Origin: Eggerthellaceae bacterium
Lineage (GTDB): Bacteria > Actinomycetota > Coriobacteriia > Coriobacteriales > Eggerthellaceae
Length of the DNA: 64,000 bases
Reading direction: 5' to 3'
Assembly (NCBI GenBank): GCA_017440565.1
Contig: JAFSHA010000017.1
Coordinates: forward strand, 695-64,694
Position numbers and translations under genes: made by a program
The notes under the pieces: model-generated
What the model saw: only the letters and a program-made list of their open reading frames with translations
What the model was told of the DNA's origin: nothing
Database searches by the model: none
In this document: in pieces, positions 38,731-47,068 of the stretch
How the letters are laid out: every line of letters starts with the position of its first letter
Position numbering within the stretch: the first letter of the stretch is position 1

Positions 38731-38928
38731 TGGCAGAAACCGACGGTTTGTCTCGATCGGGGCCTTCCGTGGCACAAACTGACCGGTTGGACTACCCAAA
38801 CCGTCAGTTTGTGCCAGAAAATGGCAGGTTTTGACGGTTTTGATCAGTTTCGGGGCCTTCCGACTGCTCCAAACCGTCAGTTTCTGCCACGAGGAAGGCA
38901 AATCGAGACAAACCGTCAGTTCCTGCCA
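38731..38928. repeat. Cluster of at least 6 copies of a ~20-bp motif, TGGCA(G/C)AAAC(C/T)GAC(C)GGTTT, in both orientations
   Basis: Copies at 38731-50(+), 38770-88(+), 38797-816(-), 38822-42(+), 38870-89(-) and 38905-28(-). The outer copies extend to a 27-bp inverted repeat (TGGCAGRAACYGACGGTTTGTCTCGAT). GGGGCCTTCCG also occurs twice. Confidence 0.85.
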
Positions 38929-39002
38929 AAGCAAGCAAAGGCCCCGCTGATCGAATGACCGGTGGGGCCGTAAGGCGCAGCGAGAACTGGAGCAGTGGGC
39001 GG

Positions 39003-40103
39003 CTAGTATTTGTTGCGCACAGCCTCGGCAAAGCCGCGCAGGTTGCGTACCTCAAAGCGCGTGCCGTCATCAAGGATGACGAAGCCGTCGAACGTGCCGA
39101 ACACCTGGTGCTGGTCTGATATGACCAGCTTCACATCGGTGTAGTCGCAACGGTCGATGTCGGGCGTGAACGCAAGGTCGAGCCTGCCTTCATCATCGGT
39201 CAGATGCCAGGGCTTCATGAAATCGTAGCGATCCTTCAGAAGCTTCGCAGCTTGCGCACCCTCAAGCTCGGGGATGCCGAAGTCAAGCCTTCCAAGCTTA
39301 TGCGCCACTCCGTCGACGAACACCATGTTCTCGGAAGCCGCCGTGGTATCGCCGAAGCCATAGCCCAAGTTGAAGCCGAACACATGGCTTCCAGGCGCGT
39401 TGCCGCCCCGGCCGTCCTGCCAGCCCTGCGCCGCCGACCAGTACCACGTGTTGTCGCGCGTCCACACGCCGCGACCCCAGTCGAGCAGGCCGAACGAGTT
39501 CTCGGGCTTGAAATCATGCGTTACCGAGCCCTTCGCGAACGACCCCTCGGCGCGCATGCCGATGATCTTCTGGTTAAAGTAGAAGGCCGAAGGGTCCTCG
39601 GCCCAAGGCGTGGCTATGACCATGGAATCACGCGGCTCGCGATCGAGCACGATATCGAGGGAAAGCTCTTCATCACCGTCGAATTTCTTGAATGTGCACT
39701 CCAACCTGCGCGCACCGTTTGCAGCCTTCAGGCGCATGCGCACCTGCTTGTTCTCAAACTCGGAAACGCCGGAAACCGTCGTAGAAGGCATGTTGAACTT
39801 GCCCATCGGCAGGGGCGTGAGCACCGTGGAGGTCTTGAAGGCACCCGTGTTGAAGTCGAGGAACGAGGCCGAGATCATGCCAAGATATCCCATGTCGTTA
39901 AGCGTGAGGGCGATGGCGAAGTCGTCGTCGTTGACCAGGTAGTAGTCCCATTCCTTGATGCGCATCTTCGAGGCCTTGATGCGAGCTCGGTCATACGCGA
40001 TAAGCATTGACGTAGCATAGCCGCGGGCGTTCAGGCGGCCGTCCTCGTCGTGCAGTGCCACGGGCTCGTCGTAGCAAGTCTCGCCTCGAGCGTTGGTGAA
40101 CAT
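39003..40103 (-). CDS. DUF2804 family protein
   Basis: Trimmed to ATG 40101-40103 after AAGGAG. KEWDYYLV, LLDWGRGVW and NTWYWSAAQG fit my recollection of DUF2804. Confidence 0.65.
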   Translation of the reverse strand: MFTNARGETCYDEPVALHDEDGRLNARGYATSMLIAYDRARIKASKMRIKEWDYYLVNDDDFAIALTLNDMGYLGMISASFLDFNTGAFKTSTVLTPLPMGKFNMPSTTVSGVSEFENKQVRMRLKAANGARRLECTFKKFDGDEELSLDIVLDREPRDSMVIATPWAEDPSAFYFNQKIIGMRAEGSFAKGSVTHDFKPENSFGLLDWGRGVWTRDNTWYWSAAQGWQDGRGGNAPGSHVFGFNLGYGFGDTTAASENMVFVDGVAHKLGRLDFGIPELEGAQAAKLLKDRYDFMKPWHLTDDEGRLDLAFTPDIDRCDYTDVKLVISDQHQVFGTFDGFVILDDGTRFEVRNLRGFAEAVRNKY

Positions 40104-40143
40104 CGTCAGCTCCTTTTCCTTCAAAACGGTCGTTTAACCTGAA

Positions 40144-40174
40144 ACGAGCCGACAAGGCGCGCTCGTCGGCTCGT
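40144..40174 (-). terminator. Putative terminator after the Zn-ribbon gene
   Basis: ACGAGCCGAC / GTCGGCTCGT, a 10-bp stem. The minus strand continues with TTCAGGTT. Confidence 0.45.
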
Positions 40175-40193
40175 GCGTGAGGTCATAGCTCGG

Positions 40194-40913
40194 CTACTCA
40201 ATGATGAGCAGGCGTTTACAGTTCGGACAGGTGCCAAGTGGCGCCTGCGCCTTCAACTCGATGAGGCGCCCGCCCTCGATGCCGGTGCGGCACACGCCGC
40301 AGCGCGCGCCGTCAAGACGCCCGATGGCCACGCCGCCGGAACGCGCCGCCGCCTTCTGGTACGCGGAGACAACCTGCTTGCCCAAACCCGCGACCATGCG
40401 CTCGCGTTCGGCCTCCTGCTTCATGATGGCAAGCTTAAGCGCTCCGCCCTGCTCCTTAAACGACGCAACCGCAGCCTGCTCGCGCGCGTCAACATCTTCG
40501 AGCGCAAGGGCTATCTGAGCCTCGAGGTCCTCGATTTTAGCCAGTTCCTCAAGCACCTTGTCGAGGTCGGAGGCAATGTCCTCGCGCCGACGGGTAATGC
40601 TGGCAAGCTCTTTGGTGCGCGCCTCGACGTTGCGGTACTCGCCCTTTGCGGCGGCGATAGCCGCCTCGGTTCCCTGCTGCTTCTTCGCCAACGAGGAATC
40701 CTCGTCGTTGATGCGCGTCACCTTTCGCGAAACATCGCGCTTGAGGCCGGCAACCTTCGCCTGCTTCTCGGCGATAGCCGCCTTCTTCTGACGCGCCTCG
40801 AGAATCACCGCGCGCTGGGGAAGCTCGTCAAGCTCCTTCCTCTGGCGCATAAGCTCCAGGTCAAGCTGCTGAAGCTGAATCAAAGCGACGATGTCGTCAT
40901 GGGTGATGTCCAT
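40194..40913 (-). CDS. Coiled-coil C4 zinc-ribbon protein (COG1579/DUF164 type)
   Basis: Trimmed to ATG 40911-40913. Long coiled coil, then CGVC...CPNC. Conserved partner of Nif3-family genes. Confidence 0.8.
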   Translation of the reverse strand: MDITHDDIVALIQLQQLDLELMRQRKELDELPQRAVILEARQKKAAIAEKQAKVAGLKRDVSRKVTRINDEDSSLAKKQQGTEAAIAAAKGEYRNVEARTKELASITRRREDIASDLDKVLEELAKIEDLEAQIALALEDVDAREQAAVASFKEQGGALKLAIMKQEAERERMVAGLGKQVVSAYQKAAARSGGVAIGRLDGARCGVCRTGIEGGRLIELKAQAPLGTCPNCKRLLIIE

Positions 40914-40984
40914 AGTCCCTCGCTCTCGCATGAGGTGGCTTGAGACGCGCTCACGGCTGCGCCCCAGCGCACATGATACCCGAT

Positions 40985-41875
40985 CTAAAGCCTGATGGCC
41001 TCGGGAAGCCTCCAATTCGAAGCTTGGTCGATGACGACCACCCGATCCTCGTCAAGCCCGGCGGCAAGGGCCGTGCGCACGAGAAGGGCCACAAGCGGAA
41101 GCTCGCTCACGTCATGTCCGAGCTCGATGATGGCAAGACCGGCCTCGGAAAGGTCGAGAGCCTCGTGGTACTTGACCTCGCCGCAGATAAGGCAGTCGAC
41201 ACCCGCGGCAAGAGCTGCGCGCCCGCACCCGCCCGCAGAGCCCGTGGCGGTAACCGCCCGACGCACGACCCGGTCGAAGTCGCCCCATACGCGCGGCTGG
41301 CGTCCGAACACGGCCGTAACGCGCGCGGCAAGCGTCGCCAGCGTGACAGGCTCTTCACCGAAGCGCACATCGGAAAGCTGCCCGTAACCCTTCACGCCCT
41401 CACCTGTGTCGGTGCGTGCGGGCTCGATCACCTTGCCCGTAAACGAAAGCCCCAGCATGCCCGGCAACACGCGCGCTGCAGCAGGGCTCACGTCAAGGGC
41501 AGTGTGAAAGCACATGAGGGCCACGCCCTCGCGAATAGCGGCATACACGCCCGCACCGGGGCTTTGAGCCACCGAGTTCTCGGGCGCGAACGAATCGGGC
41601 GCGGAAAGGAAGGGCGGATGATGCGTGACGAGCACGTTGGCGCCCTGCGCCGCCGCCTCGCGGATGGCGCTCACCGTCGGATCGAGCGCGAAGGCCACCT
41701 TGGCAACCGGGCAGGCACGCTCGCCCACCACCAGACCCGTGCGATCCCACTCCTCGGCATCTCGCTCGGGGAACTCGCGCAGCAGCGCTTCTTCGAGCAG
41801 GCCCACCGTCCATGCGGGCCGCGCGTTCGAAAGGCTCGAAGGACCTCGCTTTGCCAGGGCTTCTTGCTTCTCCAT
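40985..41875 (-). CDS. Nif3-like dinuclear metal centre protein (YqfO/YbgI family)
   Basis: WDRTGLVVG, NVLVTHHPPF, CFHTALDV, ELGHDVSE. RBS AAAGGAG. Confidence 0.85.
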   Translation of the reverse strand: MEKQEALAKRGPSSLSNARPAWTVGLLEEALLREFPERDAEEWDRTGLVVGERACPVAKVAFALDPTVSAIREAAAQGANVLVTHHPPFLSAPDSFAPENSVAQSPGAGVYAAIREGVALMCFHTALDVSPAAARVLPGMLGLSFTGKVIEPARTDTGEGVKGYGQLSDVRFGEEPVTLATLAARVTAVFGRQPRVWGDFDRVVRRAVTATGSAGGCGRAALAAGVDCLICGEVKYHEALDLSEAGLAIIELGHDVSELPLVALLVRTALAAGLDEDRVVVIDQASNWRLPEAIRL

Positions 41876-41924
41876 CTCTCGCTCCTTTCAAATCCGTTTC
41901 GGAATGGGGTGATGGGTTGGTCGC

Positions 41925-42740
41925 TTAGCAAATGGTAATGGTTCTGCGATCCCCCGATGCCGTCGGGACGGTAACGACGCGGTAACCAGCTTCGTACATG
42001 AGGCGATACCCGCGCTCGATGTCGCGTGCGACGTTGACCGGGGCGTGGGAGTCGGCGCCTACCGTGCACGGCACGCCCGCGCGGCAAAACTCGCGCAGCA
42101 GCGCCGGAGCGGGAAACATCTCGGCACATGCGTAGTACGTGCCCGACGTGTTCACCTCGATCATGCGCCCGGAAGACGCCACCGCCTCGGCCGCCTCGCG
42201 ATACAACGGGGCCAGGTCGAAGCTGGGGTAATGATTGAATTTCTTCGCCAGATCGGGATGACTCATGACGTGGTACGGAAGCGCCTTATCGGAAGCGGCT
42301 TCGCACCACAACTCGAAGTAGCGCCGCCAAATGCAATCGGCCATACCCGGCTCCTCCCACTTCCCGCGCTGAGCGGGGTCGTCGAAGGGCCATTTGTCGA
42401 CGTAGTGCACCGAGCCCAAGATAAGCTCGAAGCGCTCGAGGTCACCCGGGGCGAACACGCGGTCTTCATCGGCTCCCAAGTAATCAAGCTCGCAACCGAC
42501 GATTATCTCGAGCTCGGGATGCGCCAAGCGCGCCGCCAGCACGTCTTCAATGTAAGTATCCACCTTCTCGATGGGCACCGAGACATAGGCCGTGGGGTCC
42601 ATGGCGTGTGAAAGCGGGTAATGGTCGGTAAAGGCCAGCGTGGTAAGCCCCGCCTCGAGCGCATGGGCAACGTACTCTTCCACCGCGCCCTCGGCATGTC
42701 CGTTGTAGCCGGTGTGACAATGCGTGTTTATGAGCTCCAT
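41925..42740 (-). CDS. PHP-domain histidinol-phosphatase family protein (HisJ/HisK type)
   Basis: MELINTHCHTGYNGHAEG, TDHYP, GSVHY, GADSH. Confidence 0.8.
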   Translation of the reverse strand: MELINTHCHTGYNGHAEGAVEEYVAHALEAGLTTLAFTDHYPLSHAMDPTAYVSVPIEKVDTYIEDVLAARLAHPELEIIVGCELDYLGADEDRVFAPGDLERFELILGSVHYVDKWPFDDPAQRGKWEEPGMADCIWRRYFELWCEAASDKALPYHVMSHPDLAKKFNHYPSFDLAPLYREAAEAVASSGRMIEVNTSGTYYACAEMFPAPALLREFCRAGVPCTVGADSHAPVNVARDIERGYRLMYEAGYRVVTVPTASGDRRTITIC

Positions 42741-42799
42741 TCGTCGTTTCTCCTTTTAAATGCAGTCCGCTCATGAGTTGCGCAACCCAGTTCGCTCAC

Positions 42800-44029
42800 T
42801 CATTTCAGGCAGGCTGCGAAGGCCTGCAGGAAGCGGTCGATGTGATCTTCGGTAGTGTAGCGGCCAAGCGAGATGCGAAGCGCGCCGAGTGCATCGTCCC
42901 GCGCAACGCCCATGGCGGTAAGCACATGGCTGGGATCCAGCGAGGCCGATGCGCAGGCAGAGCCGCCCGATACGGCAAAGCCCTTCGCGTCGAGGCGGAT
43001 GATGAGCGTCTCGCTTTCCATTCCGCGCACGAGCACATGCGCGATGTTTGGCAGGAATGATTCGGGTGCGCAGGCCGGGTCAGACGTGATGCGAACACGC
43101 TCGAACGTCGAAAGGCCCGCATACAGCCTATCGCGCAACGTGCGCAGGCGCGCGCTTTCCGCCTCGAGAAAGCCCGATTCGCAAACGGCCGCGCAAGCTG
43201 CGGCAAACCCGACGGCACCGCACACGTTCTGCGTGCCGCTGCGACGCCCCGCCTCCTGCCCACCGCCGAGCATCTGCGCCTCGAAGGGCGTGCGGGCGCG
43301 CAGATACAGGGCACCCACCCCTTTCGGGCCGCCCACTTTGTGGGCCGAGAAGCTGGCCGCATCGACCCCAAGAACCTCCAAACGCAGCGGCACCTTTCCC
43401 AGCGCCTGCACCGCATCGGTATGGAAAAGGGCGCCCGCCTCGTGGGCCGCACGCGCGAGCTCGGCTATGGGCTGGATGGCCCCCACCTCGGAGTTTGCCA
43501 TCTGCACCGAGACCAACACCGTGGTTTCAGAAAGCGCTGCGCGAAGGGCATCAAGCGCAATGAAACCCCGACGATCAGGGGCAAGACGCGTGACGCGAAA
43601 ACCCTGCGCTTCGAGGCGCTTGGCGGGTGCGAGCACCGCGTCGTGCTCGATGGCCGAGACGATGACGTGCGGCGCATTCGCGCGCGCATCGCATGTTGCA
43701 GATGGATCGGGCTTCAGGCGACGCCGGTTCGCTTCGGCGTTCGCGATTCCAAACAGGGCGGCGTTGTTCGCCTCGGTGGCTCCCGAGGTGAACGTAATCT
43801 CATCGGGACGTTTCGCGCCTAGGCTGCGAGCAAGGTTTCGGCGCGTTTGCTCAAGCGACTCGAAAGCCGCCCGGCCCGCCGAATGCAGCGAGTTGGCGTT
43901 GGCCGCATGCCCGATGGCGCCCGGCCCGGACGTGAGGAAATAGGACATAGCCGCTGCGGCTTCCTCACACAGCGGAGCAGTGGCGGCGTAGTCCAAGTAA
44001 ACGTATTCGGCTTTCCGATCAAGCGGCAT
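42800..44029 (-). CDS. Cysteine desulfurase (class V aminotransferase, NifS/IscS-like)
   Basis: PLP lysine context SAHKVGGPKGVGALYLR and active-site loop SGGSACAS. Confidence 0.9.
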   Translation of the reverse strand: MPLDRKAEYVYLDYAATAPLCEEAAAAMSYFLTSGPGAIGHAANANSLHSAGRAAFESLEQTRRNLARSLGAKRPDEITFTSGATEANNAALFGIANAEANRRRLKPDPSATCDARANAPHVIVSAIEHDAVLAPAKRLEAQGFRVTRLAPDRRGFIALDALRAALSETTVLVSVQMANSEVGAIQPIAELARAAHEAGALFHTDAVQALGKVPLRLEVLGVDAASFSAHKVGGPKGVGALYLRARTPFEAQMLGGGQEAGRRSGTQNVCGAVGFAAACAAVCESGFLEAESARLRTLRDRLYAGLSTFERVRITSDPACAPESFLPNIAHVLVRGMESETLIIRLDAKGFAVSGGSACASASLDPSHVLTAMGVARDDALGALRISLGRYTTEDHIDRFLQAFAACLK

Positions 44030-44035
44030 GGGCGC

Positions 44036-44740
44036 CTAGGCCCCCTGCTTCGCAAGCGCCGCCAGACGCGCCTCGTTAGCGGCATCTTCCACCGCGCGCA
44101 GCGCAGCTGCAGGGTCCTCCGCGGCGAACACGGCGTTTCCGCAGACCAGCACGTCGGCACCGGCAGCGGCCACCAAAGGAGCCGTCTTCACGCCGATACC
44201 GCCGTCAACCTGAATGAGCGGCTCATTACCCGCCTCACGCGCCATGGCAACCACCTGGGCGACCTTAACGTCGCTTCCCTCGATGTAGCTTTGACCCGAG
44301 AATCCCGGCTCGACGCTCATGACGAGCACCATGTCGACGTCGGCGATAACCGGACGAAGGACCTCAACGGGCGTCTTAGGCTTCACGCTCACGGCGGCCT
44401 TCACGCCCGCTTCGTGGATAAGGCGCACGGCCTCGACCATTTCCTCTTCCGTCACCGCCTCTGCGTGGAAAGTGATGATATCGGCACCTGCCGCAATAAA
44501 CCACGGGATCTGGACAAGCGGGTTGGAGATCATAAGGTGCACGTCCATAGGCACGTCGGTTGCCTTAGAAAGCTGCTTGAGCAGCGGCACGCCCATGGTG
44601 AGGTTGGGAACGAAATGGCCGTCCATGACGTCGACGTGCACATATCCCGCACCGGCTTTGGCGATGCGGTCGATGTCGGCCTCAAGGTTCATGAAGTTGG
44701 CGGACAGGATGGACGGGGCGATCTTCACCGGCTGAAACAT
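44036..44740 (-). CDS. rpe: Ribulose-phosphate 3-epimerase
   Basis: Trimmed to ATG 44738-44740 after GAGGAAGAGGAA. IAPSILSANF and HVDVMDGHFVPNLT. Confidence 0.95.
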   Translation of the reverse strand: MFQPVKIAPSILSANFMNLEADIDRIAKAGAGYVHVDVMDGHFVPNLTMGVPLLKQLSKATDVPMDVHLMISNPLVQIPWFIAAGADIITFHAEAVTEEEMVEAVRLIHEAGVKAAVSVKPKTPVEVLRPVIADVDMVLVMSVEPGFSGQSYIEGSDVKVAQVVAMAREAGNEPLIQVDGGIGVKTAPLVAAAGADVLVCGNAVFAAEDPAAALRAVEDAANEARLAALAKQGA

Positions 44741-44885
44741 TTCCTCTTCCTCACGCGCGGGCCGCCCCAATCGCAGCGCCGAGCGCCTATGGCGCCAAAC
44801 GTCGCGGCTTCGCCGAAGCGGCCAAGTGTAGTCTCTATTCGACCATTCTAGCACTGCCCGCGCGGGCTGCGCGGAAGTCCTCGCG

Positions 44886-44891
44886 TATAAT
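44886..44891 (+). promoter_or_regulatory. Candidate -10 box (TATAAT) upstream of the MGMT-like gene
   Basis: TATAAT 30 nt upstream of ATG 44921, in GC-rich DNA. Confidence 0.25.
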
Positions 44892-44920
44892 GGGCGCATC
44901 CCCCGAGGAAAGGGCCCCTC

Positions 44921-45394
44921 ATGGCACAGCTCGAGAGCACGTACTTCGCCTACCGAACCCCGCACGGTCCCATCACCATCGGCACGACGGACGGTGCCGT
45001 GAGCGCCGTGGCGTTAGGCGACGTCAAACTGCCGGGCGTCCACCGCCCCACCGAGCTATCCAACGCATGCGCAAACCAGCTGCTCGAGTACTTCGCAGGA
45101 AAACGCACCGCCTTCGACGTTCCCACCAATGCGCAGGGCACAGCTTTCCAGAAAGAGGTTTGGCGCGCCATCTCGGCCGTTCCCTACGGGCAAACCGTCA
45201 CCGCCGCCCAGATTGCCGAGCGCATCGGCAAGCCGGATTCGTTTCGCATGGTAGGCGCGGCAGTGAAGAAGAATCCGCTTGTCATCCTCATTCCCGCGCA
45301 TCGCGTAGTGGGCACCGGCGGCCGCGCCCTTGGAGCCGACGAGCAAGCCCGCCGTCGCCAGGCCTTCCTCGAGCTCGAGCGCCGCAACGCCTAG
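44921..45394 (+). CDS. Methylguanine-DNA methyltransferase homolog lacking the acceptor cysteine (PAHR instead of PCHR); alkyltransferase-like
   Basis: FQKEVWRAISAVPYGQTVTAAQIAERIG...NPLVILIPAHRVVG. The Ala codon GCG at 45296-45298 sits where MGMT/Ogt has Cys. Confidence 0.8.
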   Translation: MAQLESTYFAYRTPHGPITIGTTDGAVSAVALGDVKLPGVHRPTELSNACANQLLEYFAGKRTAFDVPTNAQGTAFQKEVWRAISAVPYGQTVTAAQIAERIGKPDSFRMVGAAVKKNPLVILIPAHRVVGTGGRALGADEQARRRQAFLELERRNA

Positions 45395-45542
45395 ATGCGC
45401 CCCACCCTTTCGCATCCCAACCGCCGACTTCGGCGCATCCGATTGCGCCTTTCGCGAGGTCTGGGCGCACGCTGATCGCAAAGCGGCCGTCCATGGTTGT
45501 GCTATTCTTCACAAGTTGCATTTTTAGGAGAAGGGAGCGCGC

Positions 45543-46265
45543 ATGCCCGGTTTGGGAACTGTCATCAACGTTGCCGCCATCGCGGCCGGCGGCATAGCGG
45601 GACTTGCCTTCGGGAAGCTTCTGAAGGAGGATCTGCGCGACGGCCTGACGAAGGCGTGCGGCGTGTGCGTGCTGTTCTTAGGGATAGCCAGCGCCATGGA
45701 AGGCATGCTCTCGGTTGGCGCGGACGGCACCCTGACCAGCGGAAATTCCCTTCTCATCATCGCCAGCATCGCGCTGGGCACGCTGCTGGGAGAGCTTCTG
45801 GGCATCGACGCGCTCATTACGCGCTTCGGAGAGTGGCTGAAGGCGAAGACGGGCAACGCGCGCGACAAGAACTTCGTCGAGGGCTTCGTGGTGACGTCCA
45901 TCACGGTATGCGTCGGGGCGATGGCCGTCATGGGCGCCATCGAGGACGGCCTATTCGGCGACATATCCATCCTGCAGGCAAAGGCCATTTTGGACTTCAT
46001 TATCGTCATGGTGCTGGCATGCTCGCTGGGAAAGGGCTGCGCGTTCTCGGCCATTCCCGTCGGCATCTTCCAGGGCAGCATCACCGCGCTTGCCGCGTTC
46101 ATCAAGCCCCTCATGACTGCGGCAGCACTCGCGAACCTCTCGCTCGTGGGGAGCATCCTTATTTTCTGCGTCGGCGTGAACCTGGTGTGGGGCAACAAGG
46201 TGCGCGTAGCCAACATGCTACCCGCCGTGCTCATAGCCCCCGCGCTGGCCTTCCTCCCGCTCTAG
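45543..46265 (+). CDS. DUF554 family membrane protein
   Basis: MPGLGTVINVAAIAAGG... 240 aa, multi-TM, YdfK/YqgA-like. Confidence 0.75.
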   Translation: MPGLGTVINVAAIAAGGIAGLAFGKLLKEDLRDGLTKACGVCVLFLGIASAMEGMLSVGADGTLTSGNSLLIIASIALGTLLGELLGIDALITRFGEWLKAKTGNARDKNFVEGFVVTSITVCVGAMAVMGAIEDGLFGDISILQAKAILDFIIVMVLACSLGKGCAFSAIPVGIFQGSITALAAFIKPLMTAAALANLSLVGSILIFCVGVNLVWGNKVRVANMLPAVLIAPALAFLPL

Positions 46266-46334
46266 CGCAGGCTGCGAGTCAGGTTAGAGACTCGTAATCA
46301 GCCCTCTTCCCCTCGCGAACGACATCGATTTCAC

Positions 46335-46664
46335 CTACCCCACGGCTATGACAGGAAGCGGCTCGATGGCCTCTATGGCGTCACGGTCGAGGTCGAGCGA
46401 ATCCCACAGGTCGACGCCGTGCTGCAAATTAAGCCAGTAACGGGGAGACGTTCCGAACAGGCGCGCCAGGCGAAGGGCCATGTCGGGGCTTACTCCCCGA
46501 CGTTCACGCACAAGCTCGTTGACGCTTTGGCGGGAAGTCGAGAGCAAGGTTGCCAGCTGCGCGACGGTAAGCCCGTAGTCGGGCATGAACTCCTCGCGCA
46601 GCACCTCGCCAGGATGCGTGGGCCTGCGGGAAACAAGAATCATATCGTCACGAACAGTTGCCAT
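46335..46664 (-). CDS. higA: HigA-family antitoxin (XRE HTH)
   Basis: THPGEVLREEFM...LTVAQLATLLSTSRQSVNELVRERRGVSPDMALRLARLFGTSPRYWLNLQ. Confidence 0.9.
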   Translation of the reverse strand: MATVRDDMILVSRRPTHPGEVLREEFMPDYGLTVAQLATLLSTSRQSVNELVRERRGVSPDMALRLARLFGTSPRYWLNLQHGVDLWDSLDLDRDAIEAIEPLPVIAVG

Positions 46665-46673
46665 GTCGCCACC

Positions 46674-46958
46674 TCATCGATGATAGTCGCACAGTTCGAC
46701 GTCGTAGGCATCGCAGCCGACGAACTTGAAGCAAATGCGCCATTGATCGTTCACGTAAATAGAATGCAGACCAAACCTGTCGCCCTGCAGCATGTGGAGT
46801 CGGTTTCCCGGAGGAACCCGCAAATCATCGAGGGAGGTTGCCGAGTCGAGCATGTCAAGCTTACGAAGCGCGCGCTTGAGCACATCTGCGGGAAGGCGCT
46901 TTGACTCGCCATCGCAAAAGAGAGCCTCGGTGTGTTTGTCGGCGAACGATTTGATCAT
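46674..46958 (-). CDS. higB: HigB-type (RelE superfamily) toxin
   Basis: This is the C-terminal part of ORF 46674..47675: MIKSFADKHTEALF...GDRFGLHSIYVNDQWRICFKF. An alternative ATG lies at 46964. TACAAT sits immediately upstream, so the mRNA may be leaderless. Confidence 0.85.
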   Translation of the reverse strand: MIKSFADKHTEALFCDGESKRLPADVLKRALRKLDMLDSATSLDDLRVPPGNRLHMLQGDRFGLHSIYVNDQWRICFKFVGCDAYDVELCDYHR

Positions 46959-47002
46959 GCCCATATTGTAACGTGTAACGTGATGCGTGACAAGCATGAT
47001 AA

Positions 47003-47037
47003 CAAAAAAGCCCTCCGCTAGCGAATTGCGGAGGGCT
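47003..47037 (-). terminator. Intrinsic terminator ending the second reductase operon
   Basis: Minus strand AGCCCTCCGC-AATTCGCTA-GCGGAGGGCT followed by TTTTTTG. Confidence 0.8.
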
Positions 47038-47068
47038 TGATGCGTCGCGAGAAAACCTCGAGCTTTCG

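Noticed and set aside
38770-38790. TGGCAC-containing repeats as sigma-54 (-24/-12) promoters
   Set aside because: There is no TTGC element at the required 5-nt spacing after TGGCAC. The motif occurs in both orientations in a convergent terminator region.
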